A DNA stretch of 64,000 nucleotides from a virus (taxonomy: Duplodnaviria; Heunggongvirae; Uroviricota; Caudoviricetes): IMG/VR virus record IMGVR_UViG_3300030047_000010; one strand, written 5' to 3'. Position 1 is the stretch's first letter; every line of letters starts with the position of its first letter. The notes beneath the pieces were generated by a model. That model worked only from the letters and a program-made list of their open reading frames with translations, made no database searches and had not been told where the DNA came from. A program made the translations under genes and the position numbers. Positions 36,472 to 48,200 of this stretch are shown here, one piece after another.

Positions 36472-36883
36472 ATTTCACCAGGATAACAATAATAGCTACT
36501 GCCTCAGCAGCAACAACACTACCCGATCCCCAACGGAACCCCTGCCAAAAAGATTGCTTAATAGCCGCCTTAGTACTATCACGAGCAATATCCTTCTGTG
36601 CTTGTACTAACGACAACCTAGTAGAGTCCGAAGAAATAACTATGTCCTTCTGAGCTACAATAGAGCTACATGTAGCTATCTGTGACTGATAACTCTTTAT
36701 CAGCGTATTTTGTGCTTCTACAATACCAACATAGGATGATCTATCCGTTAACCCTACAACAGAGTACTGAAAATCAGACCTATCCATACATATAGTTGGT
36801 ACGGTCATTGTAATAGTTGACCCAGAATCGTAAGCTACAGGTGCTGCTGATATCAACAAAGAAACTAAAAGGGATAGAAGCAT
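36461..36883 (-). CDS. Secreted or membrane-anchored protein, 140 aa (N-terminal signal peptide, C-terminal TM)
   Basis: ORF. Confidence 0.45.
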   Translation of the reverse strand: MLLSLLVSLLISAAPVAYDSGSTITMTVPTICMDRSDFQYSVVGLTDRSSYVGIVEAQNTLIKSYQSQIATCSSIVAQKDIVISSDSTRLSLVQAQKDIARDSTKAAIKQSFWQGFRWGSGSVVAAEAVAIIVILVKYAL

Positions 36884-36894
36884 TTAGTGCATCC

Positions 36895-37143
36895 TTAACA
36901 AGTTGGTGTGAGTACCGTTACAAGTTTATTATCTACAAGAGATTTAATGTTACTTGTATGTATGATTTTAGATGCTGTCTCTTTATTATCTGCTAAGATA
37001 CGAGGAGCATTATTAGATAAGAAAATAGGTGGATTAGTTGATATAACAACTTCACCTGTTGTAGAACGAACAACAGCTAAAAAGCCAATCTGTTCAGATA
37101 TTTCAAGAATATGCATGTATTTAAGTTCCTGGAACGGCACCAC
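36895..37143 (-). CDS. Hypothetical protein, 82 aa
   Basis: ORF. Confidence 0.35.
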   Translation of the reverse strand: MVPFQELKYMHILEISEQIGFLAVVRSTTGEVVISTNPPIFLSNNAPRILADNKETASKIIHTSNIKSLVDNKLVTVLTPTC

Positions 37144-40100
37144 CGATTACTGAGGGCTCCCATGCAGTGCGAGCCATCCCAGAATCAGAGTGTTGAGTAT
37201 TATAGTCATCACGTAAAACAGTACGGACAGCGTGGTGCATATTTGCAACTTTAACTTTCAACGTCAATTCAGCAGTACCATCCCTTCCGACATTAGTAAA
37301 GGATCCAGTACCTACACCAGAAGGAGTTCCTGTGGTAGATACAGGCTTGCCATTAGAACCAATAGTACCTGATGAGGCTCCAGTACCAGCAGTAGACTGC
37401 CCTACAGCACCAGCAACAGTATTAGCATCAAAATCCGTAGGTGATTTTGCTAATGATGGCATATGAGCATTACCTTTTATTAGTGTCTTATCCGCAAGCC
37501 ACGTATCATAGATCCCTGTACCTAGATGCTCACCACCTATCATGCCAGCAGTACCCAAGACAGCAGATAGTAAGCCACCACCCCCTATCAATCCCGCTGT
37601 TCCACCAAGAGCAGCGCCTGTAGCAGCAGCCATCTTGCGGCCATCAGGACCTTCTGTTGTTAAATAAGTTGCTATTGGTCCTAGCGCCTCAAGAAACGGT
37701 GTCAACTTGGATACAGTCTTAGCGCCTGCAGATGCAGCTTTAGCCCCCTCGCCTACAGCTTCGGCTGTTTTAGCACCCGTGGCTGCTTCTGCAGCTTTGG
37801 CTGCTATAGCAGCGTCATCAGCACCGCTAGAGAGTAAACCCTTTATACCAAAATAGGCAGCTAAACCACCAGCAACCCCAGTAGCACCAGCGGCGACAGT
37901 GCCCACAGTGCCCATTAGGCCACCACCGGAACCCGCACCGCCCTTACCCAAATTGTCACTTATCTTGTCAAGTTTCTCATTTGTTTTCTTCTGCTCGTCA
38001 ACCTGATCACCGGTATTGCCAAGTAAATTCTGGGCGTCTAACTCCGCCTGCTGCTCTTTTGACTGATCCTGAGGTGACTTGTTCGAATAATGATCCCAGA
38101 GCTTAGTTAAACCCCATATACCACCAGCAGCAAGAGCTGCCCCAGCAAGAAGCTTACCGGGAGTTCCAAACTTACTCGCAACCTTAGCGACTTTACCTAA
38201 GCTACTAGACTTTTTCAGTACACCGGACTCTACCTCACCAGCAACACCTCCAGGTATTTTTGCAGGTCCTAGAATACCACGGATACCCGGAATTTTTCTA
38301 CCAATAGAACCTAAAACGCCAGCAGCCTTACCACCAGTATTCCCCAATAGTGCAATAGTATTCACACCGAGTGCCATAGTGTTTAGCACAACAGCACCGG
38401 TAAGAACGGCAGCAAACTTACCAAGTTGGCCTAATGGCGATTTATCCCAAAAATCTTTGAAATGATTCCACAAATTAGTGGGATCCAAAAAGGTAGCTGC
38501 CTTATCCGGAGCTTGTTTCTCACCATTCTTATCATTAGTAGCTTTTAACTCAGCACCAAGCTGGGTATAAGACTTTGATCCACGATTCTTTAGCATATCC
38601 TGCATCATCTGATACTCACGCATAGCATCTGGGCCACCCTGCTCACCCATAATAGCCTTGAATGCAGGACCAGACCCCAGACCCTGCTGCTGCATGGTAT
38701 CCAGTTGTTGAAGTTTAGCAGCAATCATAGGAGTAGACCCTTCAAGCATATCAGCAGCTTGAATGGCAGCCGGGCCGTACATAGTATTTGTTACAGCATT
38801 AGATAAGTCTTGAATATCGCTAGTCTTAAATCCCGACGCCTTACCCTTCCCGGTTCCCAGAACTTTTTCAATATATTTTCCACGTTCATCAGGCTTCATA
38901 TCCTGCAAAGATTTCAGCCCCTGCTCACCACCAAATAACTCCTCTGCTTGAGACAGTACTATCTGCCCTGTATGATATGACATATAGCTACTATTCTTTT
39001 TAGTCAGAAGACCTGTAAACTTCTTAGCTATATCAAAACTTTGTTGATACGTATATCCCAATTTAGCAGCTACTTGAACCTGATCTTTGAACAACGATGT
39101 CACACCAGAAATATCAAGCTTAAAACCGCTGTAACCATCAATTACAGATTCAATTGACTTTTGAAAGTCATCATTGAACGTAGCAAAGTCACCAAAAGCA
39201 TTGGATGTAGCGGACTGTGTTTCTTTCTGTGCAGCTATGATAGAATGCATAGAACGAATAGCTTCACTATTAGTCTTACCAAATTGCATGCGCAGCTTAG
39301 CATGTATCCCAATAGTCTCATCTAAGGAGGCACCCGTTTGGCGACTATAACTAAGTAGTTCCCTACCCATCATTTCATATTTGCGATTATCTAGCTTACC
39401 AAACTTATCCATCATAGTATAAGTATTAAACAGCTTACCATTCAATTGATCAAACTCTTCAGTGGATATACCGGCAGTGGCAGCAAATAACCTAAGCTTA
39501 GCATTAGATACCTCAAGAGAAACTGTATTCTTTGCCAATGTAGCAAATGACAGATTATTCAAATCCATCACACCGTTCATCTTGTAAGCTTGATCTGTGA
39601 ATAATGCGTAATCTTTGTACAGGACACGGAAAGCTTCACCCAAATGATGAAGCGCGTTAGCAAATGTGAGTGTATGATTAGCAGCCTCCATGGAATTAAC
39701 TTTCCACTCACTCATACGCTGTTCCATAGATTTGAAGTGCTTCTCAGCATAATCGAGTTCTATGTCAGCAGCTCGCATAGCCTGCTCTACATCAGTAATA
39801 CCTTTAGCTAAAAACATATTAACCATGTTTAGCTTCTTCATCTCACGCTCAAGATCACGTATTTCACCAGTTAAGCGTTCATACGCACGATAGTCTTCAG
39901 GTGATAATGTTTCACCACGAGACATCTTTGTTTCATAAACAGTCTTAGCACGCGAAGCTTCTTGCAACTCTATATTCTTACGCTTATATGTTGTTGCATG
40001 ATTCAGACGATTTGACTCATTTTTCGCCTTGTAAGAAGCTAATTGATATGTATACAGATCACCCTGCTTAACAGCAGCACGAAGAGCATCATCAGCCTTC

Positions 40101-40525
40101 TTTTGTCTCTGCATGGACAGACTTATCATCTTGTCCATAGAGCTCTCAAGATTCTTAGATACTTCAGACATCTCTCTCTTAATAGAGATCGCCATACCAC
40201 GAATAGTCCGATTAAACTCAGCAGAGGTACGAGCCCAGAATGCCTTGGAATCCGTAGAGATACCCGATATGTTCTGGTTCATGCCTTTCTGCGATTTAAT
40301 CATTGTCGCATATAGAGCCTTCTCAGCTTTTATGCGACGTTGCCAATCGGCATCATACAGCTTTCTATCTCGTTCCATCTCACGAGTCATGAAAGCGTAA
40401 TCATTGGCCGACTTGCCCGAGATCAAAGGACTTGTCGGCCCCGATGGCTGTGAGGAGGAACTAACACCAACATGTGGACCATGAGCTCCAGGTACAACGG
40501 ATCCTGTAGACATAGATTCAGGCAT
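37121..40525 (-). CDS. Tape-measure-like protein, 1134 aa. It has a long N-terminal coiled-coil region, central Gly/Ala-rich hydrophobic segments, and a Gly/Ser/Thr-rich C-terminus.
   Basis: Composition and architecture. TAATG coupling to the upstream 148-aa gene (chaperone position). Confidence 0.5.
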   Translation of the reverse strand: MPESMSTGSVVPGAHGPHVGVSSSSQPSGPTSPLISGKSANDYAFMTREMERDRKLYDADWQRRIKAEKALYATMIKSQKGMNQNISGISTDSKAFWARTSAEFNRTIRGMAISIKREMSEVSKNLESSMDKMISLSMQRQKKADDALRAAVKQGDLYTYQLASYKAKNESNRLNHATTYKRKNIELQEASRAKTVYETKMSRGETLSPEDYRAYERLTGEIRDLEREMKKLNMVNMFLAKGITDVEQAMRAADIELDYAEKHFKSMEQRMSEWKVNSMEAANHTLTFANALHHLGEAFRVLYKDYALFTDQAYKMNGVMDLNNLSFATLAKNTVSLEVSNAKLRLFAATAGISTEEFDQLNGKLFNTYTMMDKFGKLDNRKYEMMGRELLSYSRQTGASLDETIGIHAKLRMQFGKTNSEAIRSMHSIIAAQKETQSATSNAFGDFATFNDDFQKSIESVIDGYSGFKLDISGVTSLFKDQVQVAAKLGYTYQQSFDIAKKFTGLLTKKNSSYMSYHTGQIVLSQAEELFGGEQGLKSLQDMKPDERGKYIEKVLGTGKGKASGFKTSDIQDLSNAVTNTMYGPAAIQAADMLEGSTPMIAAKLQQLDTMQQQGLGSGPAFKAIMGEQGGPDAMREYQMMQDMLKNRGSKSYTQLGAELKATNDKNGEKQAPDKAATFLDPTNLWNHFKDFWDKSPLGQLGKFAAVLTGAVVLNTMALGVNTIALLGNTGGKAAGVLGSIGRKIPGIRGILGPAKIPGGVAGEVESGVLKKSSSLGKVAKVASKFGTPGKLLAGAALAAGGIWGLTKLWDHYSNKSPQDQSKEQQAELDAQNLLGNTGDQVDEQKKTNEKLDKISDNLGKGGAGSGGGLMGTVGTVAAGATGVAGGLAAYFGIKGLLSSGADDAAIAAKAAEAATGAKTAEAVGEGAKAASAGAKTVSKLTPFLEALGPIATYLTTEGPDGRKMAAATGAALGGTAGLIGGGGLLSAVLGTAGMIGGEHLGTGIYDTWLADKTLIKGNAHMPSLAKSPTDFDANTVAGAVGQSTAGTGASSGTIGSNGKPVSTTGTPSGVGTGSFTNVGRDGTAELTLKVKVANMHHAVRTVLRDDYNTQHSDSGMARTAWEPSVIGGAVPGT

Positions 40526-40971
40526 TATGTCTTCGTAGGAATAGGTTTATCATGGTCAGCCTCAGTATTCAGTGCTGCAACAGCATCTTTAATCGTTTTC
40601 TGAAGAGATCTCTCCATCAGTTCCTGGTACGCATCCTTATCCATCCCAGATAGATCACCATCACCCCTAGCTCGAAGCTTCATCCCCTTAGCAGCATTCT
40701 TTAGAATCTCAATAGATTGCGGGTTCACAAGTAGAGCTAGCGGTACGAATAAATCCTTAGGTAGATCTGGTTTTCCATCTTTACCCTTACGTACCTTCCG
40801 TTTAGGGTTAGCAAGAGCACGAACAAGTTCTTGTAGGTCAAGAGCCGAATACTTCACTCCTAGAAGTTTCGCCAAACGATCAAACATCATGTCCATTTGA
40901 ACACGCTTATAGTGATCAGCAAATAAAAGCTGCTCTTCTGTAGCTAAGAGCAGTGTAGAATCATTGGGCAA
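40525..40971 (-). CDS. Hypothetical protein, 148 aa (tail-assembly-chaperone position)
   Basis: ORF coupled to the tape-measure-like gene. Confidence 0.45.
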   Translation of the reverse strand: MPNDSTLLLATEEQLLFADHYKRVQMDMMFDRLAKLLGVKYSALDLQELVRALANPKRKVRKGKDGKPDLPKDLFVPLALLVNPQSIEILKNAAKGMKLRARGDGDLSGMDKDAYQELMERSLQKTIKDAVAALNTEADHDKPIPTKT

Positions 40972-41033
40972 GAGGTTGTAGGCAGCCCCTACATGCCCAC
41001 GGAGAGCTAGAGCAGGTACGCCCTCCGTGAGCT

Positions 41034-42191
41034 TTATGCCAAAGGGACATTCTCCAGCTCTGCTACCTGCCCCATGATAGACAACTCGTTACCGTGCTCT
41101 GGGCAGAAGTGCTTTCTAGGCAAACCCTGGCCATCAAATTCAGGCACAGCATCTACAGAATAAGTGCATCCAGTGACAGGACACTTGAACCGCCAAACTT
41201 CATCAGGAGAAGCTGCTGTATCTTTAATGGCTGAAGCAGGAAACAGTGAGTCATAAATAGACCACAAATCAATAATCACGCCAGGAGCAAACTGCTCTAA
41301 GAACAACTTACGCACATGTTCAACCAGCAGCATAGATAGCTTACTTGGAAGATTAAACGGATCCGTCATAACAAACCCAGCATCTCGTGGATTATAATCT
41401 AGGATCTCATAGATCGGTTGGTCATCAACAGCAACAAGAGACACAGCTACTAAATTTTGGCGTATCCTCTCGTTATACTCAAGCGCTGATGTGGACAGGG
41501 TATCAGCCAAAGAAATACAGAAAGTATTTTGTTCCGCATTGTACTGTCGAAAGGTAAACTTATGCCCCTTATAGACTTCAAACTTCAATTCCTGTGATAG
41601 ACCAAAATCCCGAAGAAGCGAATCAAACACAGGGTGTCGCTTAATCTGAGGCTTAGTAGGAACTGCTTGGCGTGTAGCTACAGGGGGACGAGCACCAGAA
41701 GCCATAACTGGAGGACGTGGTGGCTCAGCAGGTCGATATTGTTGCACAGGAGGTACTGGTGTGGTAGGAAGTTGCTGCGGAATCACAGGAGCATCAGTTA
41801 CTTCCGGTGGCTGTACTTGTGCAAAAGAAGAATGCCTACGAACAGGTGAATCAACGGCTTGTTCCTTCTCAATTTCGCGAAGAACCTCATCCAGTCCTTC
41901 AGTCTGTAACGGAGATTCCTCAATAGCGGACTTGAGGTCGGGGTGTACATACTCCTCCATTCCCTCAGGAAGAGCAGTCAGATCTAACTCACGAGGAAGC
42001 CACTTTGGAATTGTCCTCTTCACAGCAGGTTCCTTTACAGGCAAAGGAAGAGCTGTAGCCTCTTCCTCGGGAGTCAGTCGGCGCATTCCTTCAGTTCCGG
42101 GTATTCCTGGAAGAGCTTCTGCGAGCAACTGTGAATCAGGATCACCCTGGGGCTGTGCGAAATCAGGACGCTTGGACTTAGGCTTTGGCAT
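41034..42191 (-). CDS. Pro-rich protein with C-terminal Cys/His zinc-binding motif (CPVTGC…CPEHG), 385 aa
   Basis: ORF. Confidence 0.5.
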   Translation of the reverse strand: MPKPKSKRPDFAQPQGDPDSQLLAEALPGIPGTEGMRRLTPEEEATALPLPVKEPAVKRTIPKWLPRELDLTALPEGMEEYVHPDLKSAIEESPLQTEGLDEVLREIEKEQAVDSPVRRHSSFAQVQPPEVTDAPVIPQQLPTTPVPPVQQYRPAEPPRPPVMASGARPPVATRQAVPTKPQIKRHPVFDSLLRDFGLSQELKFEVYKGHKFTFRQYNAEQNTFCISLADTLSTSALEYNERIRQNLVAVSLVAVDDQPIYEILDYNPRDAGFVMTDPFNLPSKLSMLLVEHVRKLFLEQFAPGVIIDLWSIYDSLFPASAIKDTAASPDEVWRFKCPVTGCTYSVDAVPEFDGQGLPRKHFCPEHGNELSIMGQVAELENVPLA

Positions 42192-42200
42192 GATACACCT

Positions 42201-42524
42201 TTATTTTGTTGAATGTGGTATTATAGAAACATCGTCCTGAGACGCTGGTTGAATTGACTCAACCTGTAGGGAAGTCCTAGAACTTGAATCAAGAGTTTGT
42301 GCTGTAGTTAAATATCTATCATGCACGGTAAAATAAACTTGCCTAAAAGAAGTGGCTTCAACTGTGTATTTAACAGATAGAGTATAAATAACTACAAGAA
42401 CCAAAGAACAGGATATAACTAAACGAAATATCCACCTTGGTAGAATATAAAGGAGCATGTTAGTATCTGTGCCATCATCTAATAACAGCAAAGCTATATA
42501 AGCTAAAATAGCGATAAGTATCAT
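42201..42524 (-). CDS. Membrane protein, 107 aa
   Basis: ORF, hydrophobic. Confidence 0.4.
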   Translation of the reverse strand: MILIAILAYIALLLLDDGTDTNMLLYILPRWIFRLVISCSLVLVVIYTLSVKYTVEATSFRQVYFTVHDRYLTTAQTLDSSSRTSLQVESIQPASQDDVSIIPHSTK

Positions 42525-42654
42525 ATGCTGATAGACACAATAACTGTATAAACAAGCAAAATCAATACAGCAAAAGATGGACCGAGTAAAGACTTAGTCA
42601 TTTCAATCTCCTCAGATAGGTCAAAACAATCATACAGACTTATTAGATTATCTT

Positions 42655-43398
42655 TCATACGACAGACCATTTCCTTATTGATGTTCCTGGATGCTGAAGC
42701 AGAGCTTCCGGTAGATACAAAATACCATAGGTAGACCCCTCAATCCGTTGAGCATGCCCTATTGGCTTAAATCCATCGGGCACATCAGAACATCTAAAGT
42801 AATCTCTGATATCGGATGTTAGGATAGGTGCTCGTGTCAGCAGAATATACCTACGTAGAATTAGCTGCATACCTAAGTCTGTAGCATACTGAGCAATAGC
42901 ATCATCAGCTATGTATGAATTACTAAGAATAATAGGTTGATATCTCAGAGTAGAATCTTGTACGCGCACAGCATCTATAGTTCTAATCATGCGCAGAGCG
43001 TAAACATCGTCATAAGCCAGAGCGTGTATGTATCTAAGATTCTTAAGTAGATCCTCTTTTTGAAGAATCCTCAAAGCATCAAAAGAGTTACCAATACATA
43101 TGCGCCGAGCACGTTTACTAGGGAGCACAACATCGTCAGGGACGCGAACAGAAGGAAGTAATTCTTGAGCAAAAGCATAAGCCTGTCCAATAAGATCCAT
43201 AAACTGACTTTTAGGCAGATTATTCTGCTTCCCTAACCGGATATCCTTACACGCCTGTAGAAATACCTGACCCTCTTTAAGAGACTCCGGAATATATAAA
43301 GATAACTCAGCAACAAGCAACGAGGCTCGTTTAGCCTTACCCAAACGAAGCATAGCTACAATGCTAAGAAGTAACTTTAGTAATTCCTCACGGCTCAT
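42655..43398 (-). CDS. Hypothetical protein, 247 aa
   Basis: ORF. Confidence 0.45.
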   Translation of the reverse strand: MSREELLKLLLSIVAMLRLGKAKRASLLVAELSLYIPESLKEGQVFLQACKDIRLGKQNNLPKSQFMDLIGQAYAFAQELLPSVRVPDDVVLPSKRARRICIGNSFDALRILQKEDLLKNLRYIHALAYDDVYALRMIRTIDAVRVQDSTLRYQPIILSNSYIADDAIAQYATDLGMQLILRRYILLTRAPILTSDIRDYFRCSDVPDGFKPIGHAQRIEGSTYGILYLPEALLQHPGTSIRKWSVV

Positions 43399-43418
43399 GA
43401 ACTATATTTACAGTGATT

Positions 43419-45218
43419 TCAAGGCAACTGTAAACATTTTGTCCACGACTTATCCACATTGTAGCTTTTTAGCGCTGTGATCAATCCAAAAATATAAGGA
43501 CGCTCAAAAGCAACGCCTATATCGAACAAATGAAAGAAGATAGGAAGATCTTCTGTTGTATACTGCTGGAGAATACTGACTAGAGTAGGTAGATACGAAA
43601 CAGCATAGGACGGGTCAAAGTCAGAGGGGCACTGCTCTAAAAGCATACGAGCTAAAGAACTTGAGCTATCCACAGGAAACAGATCTGAGTTCATAAGCAA
43701 CACAGGATTCAGTGATGTTAGAATCTGCAGAATAACACCAAGATCACGATATTTATGTGCAACAAGATCCAAATAAGAGAACGACTCTAGTGCAGAGTCA
43801 AAAACAGTAGGAACATACTTAGCGTAGTCGGGCAAATCTAAAATATCAACACCAGTGTCTACTAGGGCACCTAAGAACTCAGAAGGATCCATATGCGTTG
43901 GTACCATATGCAGGGCAGTATACACAGATATTACATCAGCTAGATTACATTTCGCTAACGCTCTGCGCAGAGCTATTGCAGTTGAAGCATCATGCGATAA
44001 TGCTAAAACACGACCCACAGCCTTAGATGTAACATCGGAAGCCAGTACATAAAATACAGAGGGACATGCTGTAAGCAGATACAACAAAGCCTTATTAGAA
44101 GAAACTAAATCCAACAGCGAGAATACTATCCAAAAGACATTACGATCAGCTTTAGGCGAGATAGTAAACTTAAAGTTACCACCCACACCTGTCGTTAGCA
44201 ACGCATACAAAGAGTCGCGGTAAATACCGGATAAATCATCTGTAGAGCATGCCGTGATCGCATAGCTGCCGGCATTAGACTTAGTGGCTGAGAGCGTTAA
44301 ATGATCACGCAGCGCTGTTCTTGCATAAGCATCGGAAGGGGGAGGAACGTCAATATGGCATTGATTTCCATCCAACTTCAAACGAACATGGGTAGACACA
44401 GAGCTAATAGGACTCAAACTAGCTATCCTCAGTAGCTTATTCACATAGTCACTTTTCAGGGCTTCTGGATCGCATGCAACAGATACCGCCCAAGCCAGTC
44501 TCCGAGCAACTACCAAAACATCCTTAGCTTTTTTATGGTAGTCAGCACCACCAATTAATCTAAATTCAATATAGTTTTTAGATTTTATCTTTGTAAAATT
44601 AAAGCTAAAATACTTATCCCACGGAATAACATGCTCCGTACTGCTAGATACAGGATACAAAGGTCTTTTTACTAGCTCTTTTATCTGATCTGTAACGTCA
44701 TGAAAAGAACTCAAATAATCAGATACAAAAGGCTCTAGACGCTGAGCATAGTCATTGTCAAAGCGAGCAAACATCTGAGCTATATGAGCTTCGCCAATAA
44801 ACACAACCAGTTTTAAGACATCAAGAGTCTCAGACAGATCTACACCATCCAAGCTAACACCAATATGAAAACCGCAGCTTTCATTAGTTCCACCAAAGGC
44901 ATCTATAAAATCAAAAACATGTTCAACAGAAGAACTGAACTGCGGGTACGATAATATAGGAGATACAACCTCAACGCCCTGGGCAGACGTATTGGGTATT
45001 TGTATGGTACTGTCATCTGTTAAATTCCAGTAAGAGTAATTAGGATGTTGAAGTTTACCCTCACCGAGCTGATCATTGATACGACTATGATGTCCTACGA
45101 ATTTAGATAAGGCTGTACCTACATCCAAATGAACAGACTGCAATTTGCGCGTATCTAAGAAACACTCAGCTTCAAACCCCATACGTGTATGACCTAGTTT
45201 AACAGGCTTTGTATTCAT
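43419..45218 (-). CDS. Amidoligase-domain protein, paralog 1 (599 aa). The N-terminal ~300 aa have GS/GCS2-like carboxylate-amine ligase motifs: GFEAE, EVVSPIL, CGFHIGVS and YIEFRLIGGADY.
   Basis: Shares the motif set with the three upstream giant paralogs. Confidence 0.6.
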   Translation of the reverse strand: MNTKPVKLGHTRMGFEAECFLDTRKLQSVHLDVGTALSKFVGHHSRINDQLGEGKLQHPNYSYWNLTDDSTIQIPNTSAQGVEVVSPILSYPQFSSSVEHVFDFIDAFGGTNESCGFHIGVSLDGVDLSETLDVLKLVVFIGEAHIAQMFARFDNDYAQRLEPFVSDYLSSFHDVTDQIKELVKRPLYPVSSSTEHVIPWDKYFSFNFTKIKSKNYIEFRLIGGADYHKKAKDVLVVARRLAWAVSVACDPEALKSDYVNKLLRIASLSPISSVSTHVRLKLDGNQCHIDVPPPSDAYARTALRDHLTLSATKSNAGSYAITACSTDDLSGIYRDSLYALLTTGVGGNFKFTISPKADRNVFWIVFSLLDLVSSNKALLYLLTACPSVFYVLASDVTSKAVGRVLALSHDASTAIALRRALAKCNLADVISVYTALHMVPTHMDPSEFLGALVDTGVDILDLPDYAKYVPTVFDSALESFSYLDLVAHKYRDLGVILQILTSLNPVLLMNSDLFPVDSSSSLARMLLEQCPSDFDPSYAVSYLPTLVSILQQYTTEDLPIFFHLFDIGVAFERPYIFGLITALKSYNVDKSWTKCLQLP

Positions 45219-45235
45219 AGGATAATTATTCCTAG

Positions 45236-48200
45236 CTACTTACAAAAGTTTTCAAAGAAATTATGCAGGTATGCGGTTGTTGACAGATTCTTAGCCACAT
45301 AGCGAAGCAACGGATAAGGCATATTGGGATCTAAAACACGCACGTGATTAACAGGATCAAACTCAACAAGACCTCGGGCAAATTTATGCAACAGAAGCTT
45401 AATAGAAGACTCTGTCCTAGGATCAGCATACCTTCCTGGTATCTCATTTACTAATGTTTTATAAAATCCCAAAGATCTCTCAGATAACAGGATAGATGGA
45501 TTAACAAAAGCTGCAAAATAACCAAGCATCACTAAGTAATCTTTAGTATCAAAGGTCACAGGACCTAGCTTAGTATCAGGAGATAACAGCAAATAGAAAA
45601 AATCACTCCAAGTATAACCGTACACTCTATGTGTCGTACTAGAACTGTGTGTCTCTGCTTTAGCGTCTGACACCAGAGCAAGCACTAAGTTGGTAGTAAA
45701 ATCTGGGTATTTAAGACCCTCTAATAGTACCTCAGGTTTAATCAAGCGATTCCCCTGATCATCCATCGGGTATATAGACGCAGATGTCAACAGACCAAAA
45801 CCCATAGCTTTAACAACGGGTGCTCCCGACTGTATCTTCACAAAAAGATCAGGCATATCTTCAGCAGGCATAGCTTCAACAGCACCAAAGAAGTCAGATT
45901 TATGAAACGGAGGGTTTGCAATATAAGAAATTGTATCTTCTACAGATCTACGCTCACCACGAGATGGTTGAAAGGGTGCAGAGAACTCATGAACATAGGG
46001 TGCTGTCTCATGCTGTAACTCTTTAGTAGCTATTGGTGCCACATCACGCACATCAAAACCCGCACGTCTAAGAGACTCAATGCGATTAGTCAAAAAGCCA
46101 TTCTCATTAGTAGGGTCAACAGACTTACTCTTATAGGTTGAGAACACTTTATCCAGCAATAAACAGTGTGGCGCTATCTCGGTTATGTAGGAAGATGCTA
46201 CAAAGGCGTCTACTGTCATTGCCAACGCCTTAAACGTAGGCTCAAAAATAAAGCCTTTCTCAAAAAACGCAGTTAGTATTTTAACACCTGCCTCATTCAA
46301 CAAAGGTACATAGATACTTGGAGGAGCATCCATTGCACCATTAGTGATACCACCACTACTGGCAGAACTCACATAAGTTAAGTAGGCACGCATAAATGCT
46401 GGCAACTCTTTAGACGCAGCACTACTAGATAAAATCTTATGGAATAACTCGTTAGCATAACTACTATGTAATACTGTGGTATAAATAGTATCTACGTCAC
46501 CCCAGCTAAGAACAGATAACAAGTGTTTGTCAAATTCATGCAGCGCGGATGTAAACCAAAATGCGATACCCGCATTATGCAGTATCTCATTCTCAACAAG
46601 GGAACCGTGAACGTTTTCATAATTAGCAAGCCAACCAGATACTAATTTTATGCAGAAATCATCATCATCAATAAAATCTTCTGTTTTAATATAACTCAAT
46701 ACGTCGGGACCATTAAAAAAAGCAGAAATGCTGTCTCTAGGATAGTTCTGATTCTTAAGTCCAACGAGTATCTCATTTATCGTGTGCATATCAGGATGCA
46801 GATTAATACCAGGTATATTTGTTATACCTATCTCGTTCAGTTCTGCGTTAGATAAATCTAACGTTAAGGCATTACGAGGAAACGTCTCGGATGCACGCCA
46901 ACCGCCGTGATCTTTGATTATCTGAATTAAAGCAGGACGCACCTCAGAAGCAAAACCCAGTTTATTTATTACACCATAAATAAAACCAAGGTTCATTTCT
47001 GCCACATCTCTTCTCATGAATAATGCATCAACTTTAGCTGTATCAGACAGTACTTCTTGTACAAAAGCATGGCTAGCCTGTGACGCATTTACTAAATAAC
47101 CCTTCGTAGCTAAAGAACTTAGCAGCATCTTAGCATCTACTGAGTCACTCGCCACAAAAGCGGCTTCAGCTATCTTACCAACAAAACTAGAGGTAATACC
47201 AGACGGTATCATACCATACTGCAAGATACCACGAAGAGCACTCAAATAAGAATCAGAGATACCGTCTTTAGGTTCTACACCAAAACCAGCAAGGAAGTAA
47301 TCTAAATAAACAGGATGATCAAGAAAGTAATCTTTATTATAGATTACATAAGGATCTGAATCACCACCATGTTGAGATAAGAAGAAACCTAAGTTAGCAT
47401 ATGAACAACCAGCAGCACCCCGAGGTCCTACAGCCATAGTAGAAATAATGGAAAACAGTATATCTGTACAATTTGAATTTTCTGCAAGAGCCTGCATAGT
47501 AAACTGAGAAAGCTGCACGCTCGTAGTTAACCCAAATAGATGTAACAATGTTTCAGTATACTTACCGTAAGCCAATCTCTGCGAAGATCCATGGTCCAGC
47601 GTTAGCAAGACTTCCGGCTTTAAGCTGAACTCGTGACTCCCGAGAGAAATGCTTCGACCACCATACTTCTCAGCCAACGCCTCTATCTGACTCTCTATCT
47701 CAGATGAGAATCCAGCAGCAGGATTATCCGCCTCTATGTGCGTAAGGCTACTTCCAGTATAAATGAAACTAAATAACCGAACACGACTCTGATCCATATT
47801 TGCAGGAAAATCTACTAAAGAGAATCCATGGGTATTTGCTATAGCTTTAACACGATGGTCATCCTCATGAGTAGCTTCTTTATACTTATCTAGGAACTTG
47901 TACAATTTAAGTGCAAAAACATCATCATAAGCATCACAGGTTGATGCGTACAAAGCATAAGCAAACCTACGAGCTACACGTGCTAATAATGAAAACTTGT
48001 GCTCATAACCAGCACCACCAGGCAACCTAAACTCGATACGCTGCTTATCGGGGAAGTCTTTCTGGCTAACTATATTGGAAATATTAATAGTACCATAGCG
48101 ACCAATGTCATCACTGCGCATCTCTTGATAGAACTTATCAAGATCAAACTGTTGCATGCTCTTCATGCCAGAAGAACGAGACAATTCAGCTACCATAGCG